Part shown: piece by piece, positions 62,618 to 64,000 of the stretch | Position numbering within the stretch: the stretch's first letter is position 1 | Layout: each line of letters begins with the position of its first letter | NCBI GenBank assembly: GCA_041910055.1 | Contig: JAYRRP010000003.1 | Span: forward strand, 173,973 to 237,972 | Direction: 5' to 3' | Origin: Candidatus Saccharimonadales bacterium | GTDB taxonomy: Bacteria; Patescibacteriota; Saccharimonadia; Saccharimonadales; JAYRRP01 | Length of the DNA: 64,000 nucleotides | Made by a program: the position numbers and the translations under genes | The notes under the pieces: generated by a model | Databases searched by the model: none | What the model was told of the DNA's origin: nothing | Seen by the model: the letters and a program-made list of their open reading frames with translations, nothing else

Positions 62618-63013
62618 ATGCAAGACTCAATTTTCACAAGAATCATTAAGGGTGAAATTCCCTGTCACAAAATTTATGAAGATGAGAAAACCTTGGCTTT
62701 TCTGGATATCCATCCTATCCAGCCAGGCCATACCCTTGTGATCCCAAAAGTACAGATTGACCACCTCTGGGACCTACCAGATGAGGATTATCAAGAAGTC
62801 ATGATGACATGTAAAAAAGTTGCCTTACACCTGCGAGAGGTGTTAAAAGTGGCCCGGATTGGCGTGCAAGTTATTGGGGTAGATGTGCCGCATGCTCATG
62901 TGCAACTAATCCCCTTTGAACACATCGAGCAATTTAGAGCGCCGCAAGATGTGGAGACTTCACCTGACCACCCTTCCCTTTCCAAGCTTGCTGAGAAACT
63001 GCGTTTGCAATAG
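62618..63013 (+). CDS. HIT-family (Hint-like) nucleotide hydrolase/transferase with a variant triad
   Basis: The N-terminus is IFTRIIKGEIPCHKIYEDEKTLAFLDIHPIQPGHTLVIPK. The triad region reads VPHAHVQLIP (H-x-H-x-Q instead of H-x-H-x-H). Confidence 0.8.
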   Translation: MQDSIFTRIIKGEIPCHKIYEDEKTLAFLDIHPIQPGHTLVIPKVQIDHLWDLPDEDYQEVMMTCKKVALHLREVLKVARIGVQVIGVDVPHAHVQLIPFEHIEQFRAPQDVETSPDHPSLSKLAEKLRLQ

Positions 63014-63029
63014 TGCTACAATAATAACC

Positions 63030-63221
63030 ATGAGCAACTTCCTGGTGTCGTTATTTTTGGCGCTAGGCACTGGCGCCTGGGTTTATTCTTTTACCTACCA
63101 TCGAACCGGGGGTAACACACGCAATTCTTTAGTGGTAGCCGGGGTTTGCGGTGCGATTGTCTTCTTGGTGCTGTTTTTGATCCTTACTTACTCGTTATCT
63201 AACAACGGGAACTTCGTTTAA
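63030..63221 (+). CDS. Small two-TM hypothetical membrane protein (63 aa)
   Basis: The ATG at 63030 gives MSNFLVSLFLALGTGAWVYSF...VVAGVCGAIVFLVLFLILTY. The part of the track ORF upstream of this overlaps the HIT gene. Confidence 0.4.
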   Translation: MSNFLVSLFLALGTGAWVYSFTYHRTGGNTRNSLVVAGVCGAIVFLVLFLILTYSLSNNGNFV

Positions 63222-63284
63222 GTCTCTAGCCGCATAGTACTAATTATCTCGCATTTCTGAGTAATTATTGGTACTATATGGTCT

Positions 63285-64000
63285 ATGCAATCAGGTGGAG
63301 CCTCGGAAGAGAAGGGCTTGGGGCAGAGGCTGCAACAGGCTCGTCGTAAGGCTGGTTTAACACAGCAAGCGTTGTGTCAAAAAGCTGGTTTGAGTTACTC
63401 AACGCTGGCTAAAATCGAGCGCGGTGCCATCAAGTCGCCGTCTATTTTTACCATCAGCAATATCGCAGAAGTAGTCAGTATATCTTTAGATGAACTGATG
63501 GGAACAGCTGTTCCCAGCGCTGGACAGAAGAAACGTTCTAAAAGTGGTATAAGGTTTGTCTATTTTGATATTAACGGTTGCCTAGTACGATTCTTTCACC
63601 GGGCTTTTACCCGAATCGCCGAAGATACGGGTATAGCCTCAGATATAGTTGAAACTGCATTCTGGCATTTTAATGATGACGTTTGCAAAGGGGTAATGAG
63701 TACCAAAGAATTCAACAAAGCTTTTGCCAAACGTCTAGACATACCTACCATTGATTGGCAGCAGTATTATCTTAAAGCGGTTGATCCTATTAAGGAGATG
63801 CACGAGTTGGTGACATGGGTGGCTGAAAATTATCGGCTGGGGTTGCTCAGTAACATTGGTAGCGGATTTGTAGAAGATATGCGGCGCAACCATCTCATTC
63901 CGGATGTTCATTTTGATGCGGTAATTGATTCTTCAAAGGTCGGTGTTATTAAGCCCGACCCTAAGATTTATGAAATTGCCGAGGCTGCTACAGGGGTAAA
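63285..64000 (+). CDS. XRE-family helix-turn-helix domain fused to a HAD-like hydrolase domain (3' end truncated by the window edge; not in the ORF track)
   Basis: Hand translation from the ATG at 63285 stays open to nt 64000. The HTH segment is LGQRLQQARRKAGLTQQALCQKAGLSYSTLAKIERG. The HAD-like segments are VYFDINGCLV (motif I with D-x-N), LLSN (motif II) and SSKVGVIKPDPKIY (motif III Lys). Confidence 0.65.
   Translation, partial: MQSGGASEEKGLGQRLQQARRKAGLTQQALCQKAGLSYSTLAKIERGAIKSPSIFTISNIAEVVSISLDELMGTAVPSAGQKKRSKSGIRFVYFDINGCLVRFFHRAFTRIAEDTGIASDIVETAFWHFNDDVCKGVMSTKEFNKAFAKRLDIPTIDWQQYYLKAVDPIKEMHELVTWVAENYRLGLLSNIGSGFVEDMRRNHLIPDVHFDAVIDSSKVGVIKPDPKIYEIAEAATGV

Overview
This window spans a chromosomal replication origin in a small-genome bacterium. 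The envelope genes are Gram-positive in style, there is a minimal T4SS with an array of VirB2-like pilins, and metabolism is sparse. Together these suggest a Patescibacteria/CPR organism resembling Saccharibacteria, but that is inference only. The standard genetic code applies: TGA is used as a stop and long ORFs are intact. Layout: (1) 1-29.4 kb is a surface-glycan locus. It holds the dTDP-L-rhamnose genes (rfbB-C-D and rfbA), six glycosyltransferase genes, two DegT-aminotransferase/ATP-grasp sugar-modification modules and two methyltransferases. It also holds a GtrA/GtrB-like pair with polytopic membrane proteins, a Wzm/Wzt ABC exporter, an O-antigen-ligase-like protein and two secreted repeat proteins. 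(2) 29.4-35.4 kb reads jag-yidC-rnpA-rpmH | oriC with DnaA boxes | dnaA-dnaN-recF. (3) 35.4-52.8 kb is the most interesting part, a T4SS-like locus. A minus-strand operon encodes a VirB6-like protein fused to a phage tail-fibre S74 autoprocessing domain, a highly basic protein, a PrgI/VirB3-like protein, a VirB4 ATPase, two giant peptidoglycan hydrolases and an anchored hypothetical. It diverges from six tandem VirB2/TrbC-like pilin genes. No relaxase, coupling protein or integrase is seen in the window. (4) 52.9-64 kb holds hsp20, comF, an MFS transporter, an isolated purF, a HIT protein, membrane proteins and three tRNAs (Ser-UGA, Arg-GCG, Ser-CGA). Each tRNA is followed by a related element of roughly 165-177 nt that ends in a copy of that tRNA's own 3' end. 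No rRNA, CRISPR array or transposase was found.
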